Assembly (NCBI GenBank): GCA_963674965.2
Contig: CAXXFL010000002.1
Location: 640,001 to 704,000 of the forward strand
DNA from: a bacterium
GTDB lineage: Bacteria; RBG-13-61-14; DATKZS01
Direction: 5' to 3'
DNA: 64,000 nt
The position numbers and the translations under genes are program-made. Shown here piece by piece: positions 9,092-18,590 of the stretch. The stretch's first letter is position 1; each line of letters begins with the position of its first letter. Below the pieces are notes generated by a model. The model did not search any database and was not told the DNA's origin. It saw only the letters and a list, made by a program, of their open reading frames with translations.

Positions 9092-9958
9092 TTACTTCAA
9101 GTATTTCCCCAGCACAAGGTCAAGGTCTTTCTTGATTTTTTCCGGTATGGCCTTGGGACTCGTGATAATGGCGAACTTCATGGCGTCGTGACATAGCTCG
9201 CAATGCCCGGCGTCCTTCAGGCGCGGTATGGCGTCCTTGATAATCGAGCGGAACGTGCCCACGTTTTTCTTCATGACCGCGAGCACGGCCTCGATGGTCA
9301 CGTCCTCCTCCTCCTCGTGCCAGCAGTCAAAATCCGTGACCAGGGCCAGCGAGGCGTAGCACATCTCGGCCTCCCGGGCCAGCTTGGCCTCGGTCAGGTT
9401 GGTCATGCCGATCACGTCGGCCCCGAAGGACCGGTACATGCGGCTTTCGGCCCTGGTCGAGAAGAGCGGGCCCTCCATGCAAACGTAAGTCCCGCCCATG
9501 GTCACCTCGGCCCCGACCGTCTTGCCCGACTCGAAAAGGACCTTGGCCAGATCGGGGCAGATGGGGTCCGCGAACAGCCCGTGGGTCACCAGGCCCGGTC
9601 CGGAATAGGTACACTCGCGCCCGCGGGTGCGGTCGATGAACTGGTCGGTCACCACGATATGTCCCGGCGCCAACTCCTCCTTCAAGGACCCGCAAGCGCC
9701 CGAGGCGATGATCCGCTTTACGCCCAGCTTCTTCAGGCCCCAAATGTTCGCCCGGTAATTTATATGAGTGGGAGGAATGCGGTGCCCTTTTCCATGGCGG
9801 GGCAAAAATGCCACCCTTACGCCGCCCAGGTTCCCGATGAGATACTTATCCGAAGGCTCGCCCCAGGGCGTGGCGACCTCGACCTCCTTCTCGATCTTGA
9901 GCTCGTCAATCTCGTAAAGACCGCTTCCGCCGATGACTCCGATCTGGACCTGGTCCAT
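9092..9958 (-). CDS. mtnP: S-methyl-5'-thioadenosine phosphorylase
   Basis: IGVIGGSGLY, FLPRHG, NYRANIW, MEGPLFSTRAES, GMT, TDFDCW. Confidence 0.92.
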   Translation of the reverse strand: MDQVQIGVIGGSGLYEIDELKIEKEVEVATPWGEPSDKYLIGNLGGVRVAFLPRHGKGHRIPPTHINYRANIWGLKKLGVKRIIASGACGSLKEELAPGHIVVTDQFIDRTRGRECTYSGPGLVTHGLFADPICPDLAKVLFESGKTVGAEVTMGGTYVCMEGPLFSTRAESRMYRSFGADVIGMTNLTEAKLAREAEMCYASLALVTDFDCWHEEEEDVTIEAVLAVMKKNVGTFRSIIKDAIPRLKDAGHCELCHDAMKFAIITSPKAIPEKIKKDLDLVLGKYLK

Positions 9959-10000
9959 TTCTTCCTCCTTTACTTCGAGGCTGGGCCGTCCGGTCGAAAC

Positions 10001-10936
10001 TCACGCCGGCTCGGCCATGGTTATAGTGGGACCCACCGAGTAATGCAGCGGTTCCTCCGTGTCGTAAAGCTCGCCGTCTATCATCCAGCGCATCTTTTGG
10101 GAGGGCGTGATGGTCACCGTGGCCGCCACGCCGTTGTGTTGAATTTCAGGATGCACAACGTCGCCGCCCTTCCACAAGGTGGGGGCCTTTTTGGCGAAGA
10201 TGATGGGATGGGCCGTGGTGGCGACGAAATGGAAGTGCCCGGGTTTATCATAGGCGTGGGGCGTGGGCTTGAACCCCAGGCCCAGCTCGACGATGGTGCA
10301 GCCGAGCATGACGTTGTAGCCGTCCTGGCCAAGGTCGTTCCCGTCCACGCTCACGCGACAGGGGACGGCGCCAAAAAGGTCCTTGATAAACTCGTTCCTC
10401 ATGACCGCGCCGTTGATCATCTTGGCCACCAGCTTGGTCGCCTGCCACGGACCGGTGCTCGAGCCCGAGTAATAGGCGTCCAGGAACTTGGCCACCGTGC
10501 CCGCGCCCGAGAGGAAACCGTACTTCTCGTTGACTTTGATCAAGTGTTGTTGGCGCTCGGTGAATGGCTCGCCCGCCTTGTATTTCTGGACCGCCTTCTC
10601 GAGTATGCCCACGGTCTTGCCCTTGATCTTGAGGGAATTGGACACGGTGTTCATGGTGCCGCCCCGCAGGCTCATCACTTTGGGCAGGGGATGGTCCCCA
10701 TAGGCCTTGACAAAGGCGCTGAGAACGAGGTGCAAGGTGCCGTCTCCCCCGTTGACCGCTATGATCTCGACGTCCTTTTCCTTGAACTCCTGGGCCACAT
10801 CGGGAAGCTCGTTGATGTTCTTGGTCTCCCGGAACACGCCCACGTCCTCGAGCATGGCGCTAAGCTTCGCGCCCACCCAGGGCCTCTTTAAATTTCCCTT
10901 GGCAAAAGGGTTGTGAATAATGCCTATTCCCGCCAT
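10001..10936 (-). CDS. Diacylglycerol/sphingosine kinase-family lipid kinase
   Basis: IIHNP, NGGDGT, GGTMN, IDGE motifs; start ATG 10936 with AGGGAG RBS (ORF-track N-terminal extension is unlikely). Confidence 0.85.
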   Translation of the reverse strand: MAGIGIIHNPFAKGNLKRPWVGAKLSAMLEDVGVFRETKNINELPDVAQEFKEKDVEIIAVNGGDGTLHLVLSAFVKAYGDHPLPKVMSLRGGTMNTVSNSLKIKGKTVGILEKAVQKYKAGEPFTERQQHLIKVNEKYGFLSGAGTVAKFLDAYYSGSSTGPWQATKLVAKMINGAVMRNEFIKDLFGAVPCRVSVDGNDLGQDGYNVMLGCTIVELGLGFKPTPHAYDKPGHFHFVATTAHPIIFAKKAPTLWKGGDVVHPEIQHNGVAATVTITPSQKMRWMIDGELYDTEEPLHYSVGPTITMAEPA

Positions 10937-11036
10937 TTCATGCTCCCTTAATGAAAATCTAACACCTAAGTAAATACCGAATCCAAGGTCCCAGTCAAGT
11001 CGGGGATGAATCGAGACGGATATTTCCCATCTCTTG

Positions 11037-11080
11037 TTGACACGCGTCTTTGGTTCCTCTATATTATATTGGTCCGGCCA
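11037..11080 (+). promoter_or_regulatory. sigma70 promoter with a FadR-type operator
   Basis: TTGACA (11037-11042), 17 bp, TATATT (11060-11065), followed by TGGTCCGGCCA (11070-11080), one mismatch from the FadR-subfamily TGGTCnGACCA palindrome. Confidence 0.65.
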
Positions 11081-11105
11081 CCCGATGAGTTGGAAGGATG
11101 CGACC

Positions 11106-11846
11106 ATGGAAGCGAAAAAAAATACCATCGAGCCCATCACCAAAACCAGGCTGCACGAGGAGATCGCCGAGAGGCTCAAGGACGCGATCATAGCCGGAGA
11201 TATCCGGCCGGGACAGAGGCTGCCCACCGAGCGGGAGCTGGCCGACAGCTTCAAGGTCAACCGGTCCACGGTGCGGGAGGCCCTGAAAAAACTCGAGGGC
11301 CTCGAGCTGATCGAGATCAGGCACGGAAGCGGGGTGTTCGCCAGGGACTACCTGGAGAGCGCCAGCCTCGAGCTGGTCAAGGGCCTGCTCCTGGCGGACG
11401 GCGGGATCAACGCCGGCGTGCTGGAGGAGCTGATGGAACTGCGCTCACTTATCGTGCCCCGCATATCCCAACTCGCCGCGAGGAACCGGTCCGACTCCGA
11501 CCTTGCCGCCCTCGATCGCGTGGTCTTTCACTCGGACGAGATGGACATGGCGGAAAAGGACTGGCGCGTCCACAACCTCATAGCCCGGGCCAGCGGCAAC
11601 CTGCTGTTCGTCATCGTGCTCAACGCCTTTACGGACCTGGCGGGAGATTCCGGAAAATTGTATTTCGCGAACGAGAAAAACCGCCGGGCGTCAGAGCGCT
11701 TCCACCGCGACATCTATGAGGCCATTAAGAAAAGGCAACCCGAGAGGGCGCGAAAGATAATGGAGGAAGTCCTCGAGTACGCGGCCAAGGCCACGCTCGA
11801 GGCGGCGAGCGGCGGCTCGAAAAAACGAGCGAGGAAAAAGGAATAA
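11106..11846 (+). CDS. GntR/FadR-family transcriptional regulator
   Basis: RLPTERELADSFKVNRSTVREAL...HGSG winged HTH, FCD-like C-terminus. Confidence 0.93.
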   Translation: MEAKKNTIEPITKTRLHEEIAERLKDAIIAGDIRPGQRLPTERELADSFKVNRSTVREALKKLEGLELIEIRHGSGVFARDYLESASLELVKGLLLADGGINAGVLEELMELRSLIVPRISQLAARNRSDSDLAALDRVVFHSDEMDMAEKDWRVHNLIARASGNLLFVIVLNAFTDLAGDSGKLYFANEKNRRASERFHRDIYEAIKKRQPERARKIMEEVLEYAAKATLEAASGGSKKRARKKE

Positions 11847-11950
11847 CCATAAGTGGTTATCAAAAGCCTTGGGCCGCGAAGCGTCGGATATAAATGATGG
11901 CGAGCGGCCCTGCCGTCGGATATGATAAACATCTGTAAAGGGGGCAAACC

Positions 11951-13651
11951 ATGAAGATATTCAAGAAATTCCAGCCGGACTGGAGGGAGGACGTTCCCGG
12001 TCCCGACACCTATCGATCGATTTTCAAGTACAAGCCCGACGAGTTCAAGCACCCGAGCCCGGCCTGGTACCAGATGTTCAAGACCGAGTTCGGACTCACC
12101 GACGATGACTTTAAAAAACGCCAACCCGGCGGCGACGAAAAGGTCTCGATCAGCCATAAGATCAACTTGAGCGACGACCAGCTAAACGCCTTCCGTTCCA
12201 TGGTGGGCGCCGAGAACGTGGCCACCGACGACTACAGCCGGGTTAAATACGGCACGGGCAAGTCTTTGGACGAGGACCTGGACATGCGGCGAAACGTCGT
12301 TCGCAAGGCCCCCGACGCGGTCATCCACCCCCGCGACAAGGAGGACGTGAAAAAGGTGGTCGAGTACTGCAACTCCCAGCGGATACCCATCGTCACCTAC
12401 GGCGGCGGCTCGGGCGTGGTGCTCGGCATCCGGGCGGACAAGGGCGGCGTGGCCCTGGTGATGAGGACCCACATGAACAAGGTCCTCAGCGTGAACGAGC
12501 AAAACCAGACGGTCAGGGTCCAGCCCGGCGCCATGGGGCCCGACTATGAGGAGACCCTGAACAAGGCGCCCGAGAGGTTCGGGACCAAACATCGCTACAC
12601 GGGCGGCCATTTTCCCCAGAGCTTCGAGATTTCCTCGGTGGGCGGATGGATTCTGGCGCTGGGCTCGGGACAGGCCTCGACCTATTACGGCGACGCCTAC
12701 AACCTGGTTGTCAGCCAGGAGTACGTGACCCCCTCCGGAAACGTCAAGACCCTCGATATCCCGGGCACGGCCACCGGGCCGCGCGTCAACGACATGTTCA
12801 AGGGCAGCGAGGGCGCCTACGGCGTTCTGGTCGAGGCGTCCATGAAGATTTACCGCTACGTTCCCGAGAACAGGCAGCGCTTTTCCTTCATGTTTCCCAC
12901 CTGGGAGGACGCGGTCAGCGCCAGCCGCGAAATAGCCCAGGGAGAGTTCGGCATGCCCGCCGTCTACAGGATTTCCGACCCCGAGGAGACCGAGATCGGA
13001 CTCAAGCTCAAGGGTTTCAGCGACGGGTTCTTCGACAAGTTCCTCAGGAGGCGCGGGCTCGAGCCCATGAAGAGGAGCCTTTGCATCGGGACGGCGGAGG
13101 GCGAGATGGGGTTCGCTCGCCACGTCAAGAAGCGGGTGAGCCGCATAGCCAAGGACCGCGGGGCCGTTTCGCTCTCGGGCTACGCTGCCAAACAATGGGA
13201 GAAAGGCCGGTACTCGGACGTTCACGTAAGGGAGGACCTTCTGGACTACAACATTATCCTGGACACCCTCGAGTCGGGCGTGACCTGGGACAACCTGCAC
13301 AACCTTCATAAGGGAGTGAGGTCCTTCGTCAAGTCCAGGCCTAAGACCTTCTGCCTCACTCACGCGTCCCACTTCTATCCGCAGGGCACGAACCTTTACT
13401 TCATCTTCATGATCAAGGTGCGTGACGCCGAGGAGTTCTACCAGTTCAGGGGCGACGTGGTGTCCAAGATAGTCGAGCACGGCGGGTCCATCAGCCACCA
13501 CCACGGCATCGGGAGGATGTTCGCGCCCTGGATGGAGAGACACCTCGGCAAGGAGCAGCTTGGGGCGCTTCGGGCCCTGAAGAGACATTTCGATCCCAAT
13601 AACATCATGAACCCGGGCGGGGTCCTGTCGCTGGACGAGCCGGTGGATTAG
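11951..13651 (+). CDS. FAD-binding oxidoreductase, alkyl-dihydroxyacetonephosphate synthase-like
   Basis: PDAVIHP, GHFPQSFEISSVGGWI, SGQASTYYG, GSEGAYGV, SHHHGIG, FDPNNIMNPG. Confidence 0.85.
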   Translation: MKIFKKFQPDWREDVPGPDTYRSIFKYKPDEFKHPSPAWYQMFKTEFGLTDDDFKKRQPGGDEKVSISHKINLSDDQLNAFRSMVGAENVATDDYSRVKYGTGKSLDEDLDMRRNVVRKAPDAVIHPRDKEDVKKVVEYCNSQRIPIVTYGGGSGVVLGIRADKGGVALVMRTHMNKVLSVNEQNQTVRVQPGAMGPDYEETLNKAPERFGTKHRYTGGHFPQSFEISSVGGWILALGSGQASTYYGDAYNLVVSQEYVTPSGNVKTLDIPGTATGPRVNDMFKGSEGAYGVLVEASMKIYRYVPENRQRFSFMFPTWEDAVSASREIAQGEFGMPAVYRISDPEETEIGLKLKGFSDGFFDKFLRRRGLEPMKRSLCIGTAEGEMGFARHVKKRVSRIAKDRGAVSLSGYAAKQWEKGRYSDVHVREDLLDYNIILDTLESGVTWDNLHNLHKGVRSFVKSRPKTFCLTHASHFYPQGTNLYFIFMIKVRDAEEFYQFRGDVVSKIVEHGGSISHHHGIGRMFAPWMERHLGKEQLGALRALKRHFDPNNIMNPGGVLSLDEPVD

Positions 13652-13677
13652 CCGGTACCCCGCCGGAGGAATAGAAC

Positions 13678-15249
13678 ATGTCGAGCCATGGCCAGAAAAG
13701 CGGCGAGCTAATCCTTTCGATCGACGCGGGGACCCAGTCGATCAGGGCCGGACTGGTCGATCCCGCGGGCAATATTCACGACCTTGTCAAGACCGTCATC
13801 GTGCCCTATTTTTCCGAGAGGCCGGGCTGGGCCGAGCAGGACCCGGAGTATTACTGGAAGATGCTTTGCCAAACCTGCCTGGAACTCCTGGCCAAGACGA
13901 GGTTCGGCAAGGACTCGATCAAAGCCGTGACCATGGCCTGCCAGCGCAGCACCTACGTCAACGTGGACAAAGAGGGAAAGCCTCTCCGGCCCGCCATCGT
14001 CTGGCTCGACCAGAGAAGGGCCGACGCCCGGAAGATAGTCCCCTCCCCCGTGTGGCCCCTCTTGAAAATTGCCGGACTGGCCGATTTCATGGAGTTCGCC
14101 GTCGGCTTTTGCCGCTCGAACTGGATTCGGCAGAACCAGCCCGAAATCTGGGACAAGACCCACAAGTACCTCTTCCTCTCGGGCTTCTTCACCCACCGTC
14201 TGACCGGGGAATTCGCCGACTCGGTGGGCAACATGATCGGCACCATTCCCTTCAACTCGAAGACCCATGAATGGGCCGGCAACCTCGATTTCAAATGGAA
14301 GATTTTCCCCCTCGAGCGCGAGAAGCTTCCCGAGATCGTGCCTCCCTCCCGCCAGATAGGCGTCATCACCAAGGCCGCGTCCAGGGAGACGGGCATACCG
14401 GAGGGGCTTCCCTTCTTCGCCGCCTCCAACGACAAGGCCTGCGAGATAATCGGGGCTGGATGCCAGACGCCGGAGACGCTCTGCATCAGCTTCGGCACTA
14501 CCGCCACCATCAACGCCCAGATATCCAAATACGTCGAGCTTCGGTCCTTTATGCCGCCCTTCCCTTCCGCCATCCCGGGACAATACTACACGGAGGCCTC
14601 GGTCATGCGCGGCCTTTGGATGGTGACCTGGTTCAAGGAGGAGTTCGGCCTGCAGGAGCGGCTCGAGGCCATGGAGGGCAAGGCCACGCCCGAGCAACTT
14701 CTCGAAAATCTGATAAAGGACGTGCCGCCCGGCTCGATGGGACTCATGCTCCAGCCCTACTGGACGCCCGGCGTCGATATGTCCGCCAGCGCCAAGGGGT
14801 CGGTCATCGGCTTTGGCGACGTTCACACCCGTGCCCACCTTTACCGCGCCATCATCGAGGGCCTTTCCTACGCCCTCAAGGAGGGGGCCATCCTGACCGA
14901 GAAGAAAACCAAAACGCCCATGCAAAGGGTCAGGGTATCGGGAGGCGGCTCCCAAAGCGACTCGATCGTCCAGATAGCGGCCGACGTCTTCGGGGTTCCC
15001 GCCGAGCGTCCCCACACCCACGAGACCTCCGCCCTCGGCGCCGCCATCGACGCCGCCGTGGGCATGAAGATGCACGGCGGATTCCCCGAGGCCATCAAGG
15101 CCATGACCCGCGTCGGCAAGGTCTTCGAGCCCATCGATAAAAACGTGGAAATCTACGACCGGCTGTTCAACGACGCATACCTCAAACTCTACGGCAAGCT
15201 CCTGCCCCTCTTCGAGAAAATACGAGATATCACCGGGTACCCGGAGTGA
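13678..15249 (+). CDS. FGGY-family carbohydrate/polyol kinase
   Basis: IDAGTQSIRA, WAEQDP, IVWLDQR, SGGGSQS, ALGAAI. Confidence 0.92.
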   Translation: MSSHGQKSGELILSIDAGTQSIRAGLVDPAGNIHDLVKTVIVPYFSERPGWAEQDPEYYWKMLCQTCLELLAKTRFGKDSIKAVTMACQRSTYVNVDKEGKPLRPAIVWLDQRRADARKIVPSPVWPLLKIAGLADFMEFAVGFCRSNWIRQNQPEIWDKTHKYLFLSGFFTHRLTGEFADSVGNMIGTIPFNSKTHEWAGNLDFKWKIFPLEREKLPEIVPPSRQIGVITKAASRETGIPEGLPFFAASNDKACEIIGAGCQTPETLCISFGTTATINAQISKYVELRSFMPPFPSAIPGQYYTEASVMRGLWMVTWFKEEFGLQERLEAMEGKATPEQLLENLIKDVPPGSMGLMLQPYWTPGVDMSASAKGSVIGFGDVHTRAHLYRAIIEGLSYALKEGAILTEKKTKTPMQRVRVSGGGSQSDSIVQIAADVFGVPAERPHTHETSALGAAIDAAVGMKMHGGFPEAIKAMTRVGKVFEPIDKNVEIYDRLFNDAYLKLYGKLLPLFEKIRDITGYPE

Positions 15250-15287
15250 AGTATATGAATTTATCAGAGGTCTTCATCGCGCGCGAC

Positions 15288-15316
15288 TTGACAATAATAA
15301 TATTGGAACTAGAATA
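15288..15316 (+). promoter_or_regulatory. Near-consensus sigma70 promoter of the R-M module
   Basis: TTGACA (15288-15293), 17 bp, TAGAAT (15311-15316). Confidence 0.7.
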
Positions 15317-15401
15317 TATAGAAGACGAAAATCTTTGAAATGTCCCGCGGCTTAATATAAGGCCAGGAACGCCGATTCCCGCTGGAGGAGAAAAATAAAC
15401 T

Positions 15402-16274
15402 ATGAGAACGGAAATAAATGGCAGAAGACTGGTTGCCAACGCCAATAAAAGGCGCAAGAAAATGATCGCCTTTGGGTGGTACGGAGGCAAATTCTCCCAT
15501 TTGGACTTTATTCTCCCCCATCTTCCCGAGGACGCGAAACATTTCTGCGACGTTTTCGGCGGTTCGGCGGCCGTTCTGATAAATAGGAATCCCGCTCCCG
15601 TTGAGACGTACAACGACCTGGATTCGGAATTGGTAAATTTTTTTGAGACCCTGAGAGATGAAAACGAAAAACTGATCAAGGCCATAAGCCTTACTCCCTT
15701 TTCAAGACAGGAACTTATTAAGGCGTGCAAGCGGGAAACGGGGTTGTCCAAATTGGAAAGAGCTCGGCGTTTCTACGTAAGGGCCAGGCAGACGAGGACC
15801 GGATTGGCCCAAACCAGCAGCGAAGGCAGATGGGCCCACTGCGTGCTTACCTTGCGAGCGGGCATGGCGGGGGCCGTCTCAAGATGGCTGGGCGCCGTGG
15901 AAGGCCTTCCGGAAATCGTTCAGCGCCTCCAAAGAGTTCAGATTGAAAACGCTCCCGCCCTTGAAGTAATCGAAAGATACGACACCAAGGACACCCTTTT
16001 TTACCTCGATCCGCCGTACGTCCATGAAAGCCGGGGCGACGTCAAGGCCTATGGTTTTGAAATGTCCGATTGGCAACACGTCGAACTGGCCAACATGCTT
16101 CATAAAATCAAAGGAAGGGCCGCGGTCTCCGGGTATCGAACCAAACTCTATGACGGGCTGTTTGAGGATTGGATCAGAATCGACGCTCCGGAAAAGAAAT
16201 GCAACTCTTCAAAGACTACCCGGCAGGAATCGTTATGGCTCAATTTCGAGGTCGGAGAGGAAAATGAAGGATAA
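15402..16274 (+). CDS. Dam-like (D12 class) N6-adenine DNA methyltransferase
   Basis: WYGGK, DVFGGSAAV (SAM binding), YNDLD, YLDPPY catalytic motif, ESLWLNF. Confidence 0.92.
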   Translation: MRTEINGRRLVANANKRRKKMIAFGWYGGKFSHLDFILPHLPEDAKHFCDVFGGSAAVLINRNPAPVETYNDLDSELVNFFETLRDENEKLIKAISLTPFSRQELIKACKRETGLSKLERARRFYVRARQTRTGLAQTSSEGRWAHCVLTLRAGMAGAVSRWLGAVEGLPEIVQRLQRVQIENAPALEVIERYDTKDTLFYLDPPYVHESRGDVKAYGFEMSDWQHVELANMLHKIKGRAAVSGYRTKLYDGLFEDWIRIDAPEKKCNSSKTTRQESLWLNFEVGEENEG

Positions 16275-17346
16275 AAAGGCATCCCCCGATATAGAAAAAG
16301 CCAAAAGACTACTCGAAGAATTGTGGATGATTGTATTGGAGGAAGATCAAGGAGATATCGACCCCGAAATCGATCGATTGATAAACAGCGCCTATGTATC
16401 CATTCGATAGTGCCTGCCCACTCAATTACTTGGAAAACTGACCGACGGCAAATTGGATTGCCTTTGTCTTCAAAAAGGGAGCGAAGAGATAGAATCAAAG
16501 TGGGACCCCCGAAGTTTTTCCTCCAAGGTCGTGGCTCCATGGGTTGCGGAAAACCAATCGGTCCTTGGATCGAGCACTGACCCTTACGTCAGCAAGCCCC
16601 TGAGAAAAGAACGGCTCGAAGAAACGCCGGGCAACGTAAAAGGCAAAGAGGAATGGGTCCTTTTATACGAGGTACTAAGAGAAGTTGAAACGAGGAACTC
16701 TTCAAAATACACACGCTTGAAAACGCTTCAGACTCTAAGAAGCATACGTCGCAAACTCTCCGAATTGTCCTTCGAGTATTATGTCCCGGAAAGGGTCAGC
16801 TTGGCGCAAACGGAAAAACTCGTGTCCAGATTCTTATCTGAATCCAGCGGTGGAGACAGGGGACTGTCCGTGGCGGCCGCTCTTTTCGAGACATTTGGAA
16901 AATATTTCAAGCTTTACAAAGAAGTCCGAAGGCACGTGATAAACGCCTCTGACCTTGCCACCGGATTGGCCGGAGACATCGAGTGTATCGACGATGAGGG
17001 AAATCTCAGGCTCGCCGTCGAGGTCAAGGAAAGAAACGTTACCCTGACGGATATGAGAAGCTCGATACTCAAAGCTCGCAAGGTGTCTCTGACCGAGCTT
17101 TTGCTCAACGCTCCCGGGACGCATCACTCCGAAAATGAAGAGATAACCGATTTAATCTCGAAGACGTGGGCTTCGGGGACGAACATATATCTGATTTCCA
17201 TCGAGGAATTACTGAGGGTCGGCCTGTCTTTGGCGGGAGAAGCTGGGAGGAAATATTTCATCGAGCGCGTGGGAAATCAACTGGACAATTACAATACTCA
17301 ACCATTAAACAGGAAAAGATGGAAGGAACTGCTCGAGGACGTCTAA
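16264..17346 (+). pseudogene. SacI-family-like Type II restriction endonuclease interrupted by one in-frame TAG (16408-16410)
   Basis: ATG 16264 overlaps the MTase end; frame continues SIR*CLPTQLLGK...WDPRSF...DPYVSKPLR...GDIEC...AVEVKER (D...ExK nuclease motif); 360 codons if read through. Confidence 0.7.
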
Positions 17347-17394
17347 TAAAGACGTCTTGAGCTTTGGTCCATATCTCGAACAAACCTCCACTGC

Positions 17395-18414
17395 TTATAC
17401 GTTAAACCTGAAAGAAATAATGTCCCCGTCCTGGACCACGTAGGTTTTGCCCTCGAGCCTTACCTTGCCGGCTTTTTTGGCGCCCTGCATGCCCTTGTAT
17501 TCCACGAAGTCGTCGTATGAGACCACCTCGGCCCGGATGAAGCCCTTCTTGATGTCCGAATGGATTTCCTCGGCCGCGTCCACCGCTTCCGTGCCCGAGG
17601 CGATGGTCCAGGCCCTGACCTCGTCCTCCCCCACCGTGAAAAAGGAGATGAGGCCGAGCGCCGCGTAGGAACGCCGGATCACCCGGTCCATGGCCGAGGA
17701 CTCGAGACCGAACTCGGCCATGAACTCGGCGGCCTCGTCGGCGTCGAGGGCCGCCAGCTCGCTCTCGAGCTTGCCCTTGACAATCATGACCTCGCTTGAG
17801 GGCACGTCGCCCAGCTCGGGCGTCGCGTCGTCGTCGTCCGCGTTGTTCACCAGGGTAATGAGGGGCTTGGCGGAAAGGAAGCGGTATCCCTTCAGCGTGG
17901 GATCGGAGGAGGCCTGGTTATTTTTCCGGAGCGGCTCGTCTCCCTCGAGCGCCTTCAGGCAAAAGGACAGGGCCTCGAACTCGGCCCCGTCGATGGCCTT
18001 GCCCCGGTCCTTTTCGTGTTGCATCCGGTCCAGTCGCTTCTCGACGATGGAGTAGTCGGTGAAGATCATTTCCCGGTCGATCTTGGCGACGGCCTCCCTG
18101 GGGCCCACCGGCGAGCCGTTGAAGTTGTCGATCACGTGGATAAGGGCGTCGCAGTTCCTGACCTGGTTCCAAAGCCCGTCCACTCCCTCCTCGTCCTTGC
18201 CCGAGGCGGAGGGACCGGGGAGAAGGTACTCGACTTGGGCAAAGGTGGTCTTCCTGGGCTTAAAGGCGTCCGAAAGATAATCGACGCGGACGTCGGGCAC
18301 GCGCGCCGCGGCGATGGACGAGCCGCTTTTGGCCTTGCTTTGACCCTGGCCGGCCAGGGCCTCGAATATAGTTGACCTGCCCGATCCGGGCAGGCCGATA
18401 ATACCGATCTTCAT
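17395..18414 (-). CDS. ychF: YchF-like (Obg-family) P-loop protein with TGS/DUF933 domain; divergent paralog
   Basis: VPDVRVD, FFTVGEDEVRAWTI, IHSDIKKGFIRAEV, RLEGKTYVVQDGDI.FRFNV; G1 and G3 motifs atypical. Confidence 0.8.
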   Translation of the reverse strand: MKIGIIGLPGSGRSTIFEALAGQGQSKAKSGSSIAAARVPDVRVDYLSDAFKPRKTTFAQVEYLLPGPSASGKDEEGVDGLWNQVRNCDALIHVIDNFNGSPVGPREAVAKIDREMIFTDYSIVEKRLDRMQHEKDRGKAIDGAEFEALSFCLKALEGDEPLRKNNQASSDPTLKGYRFLSAKPLITLVNNADDDDATPELGDVPSSEVMIVKGKLESELAALDADEAAEFMAEFGLESSAMDRVIRRSYAALGLISFFTVGEDEVRAWTIASGTEAVDAAEEIHSDIKKGFIRAEVVSYDDFVEYKGMQGAKKAGKVRLEGKTYVVQDGDIISFRFNV

Positions 18415-18590
18415 CGGTCATGACCTCCATGTAAACTCGGCTGAAGCTGGAATAGATGACGATGAATCGTGGCGTCCAATTTCCGGCCGCTTCAACGTGA
18501 CTCGCGTGGCGCGATATCGAAATTCCTAAGATATATTATGATGGCCTTTTGCGAATTTTCAAGAAGAGGGGGCGCGCCAAACGCCGCCGG

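Noticed and set aside
9203..10891. 562-aa plus-strand ORF
   Set aside because: Antisense shadow of mtnP and the lipid kinase; no motifs; expected with GC-rich codon bias
10937..11269. N-terminal extension of the lipid kinase ORF
   Set aside because: Overlaps the fadR-like gene and its promoter; family similarity and RBS begin at 10936
16453..17346. Independent 297-aa gene starting at TTG 16453
   Set aside because: No clear RBS; the frame continues upstream through one TAG to ATG 16264, which has a GAGG RBS and overlaps the MTase
15250..17394. Calling the R-M cassette a mobile element
   Set aside because: No transposase, integrase, terminal inverted repeats or target duplication found
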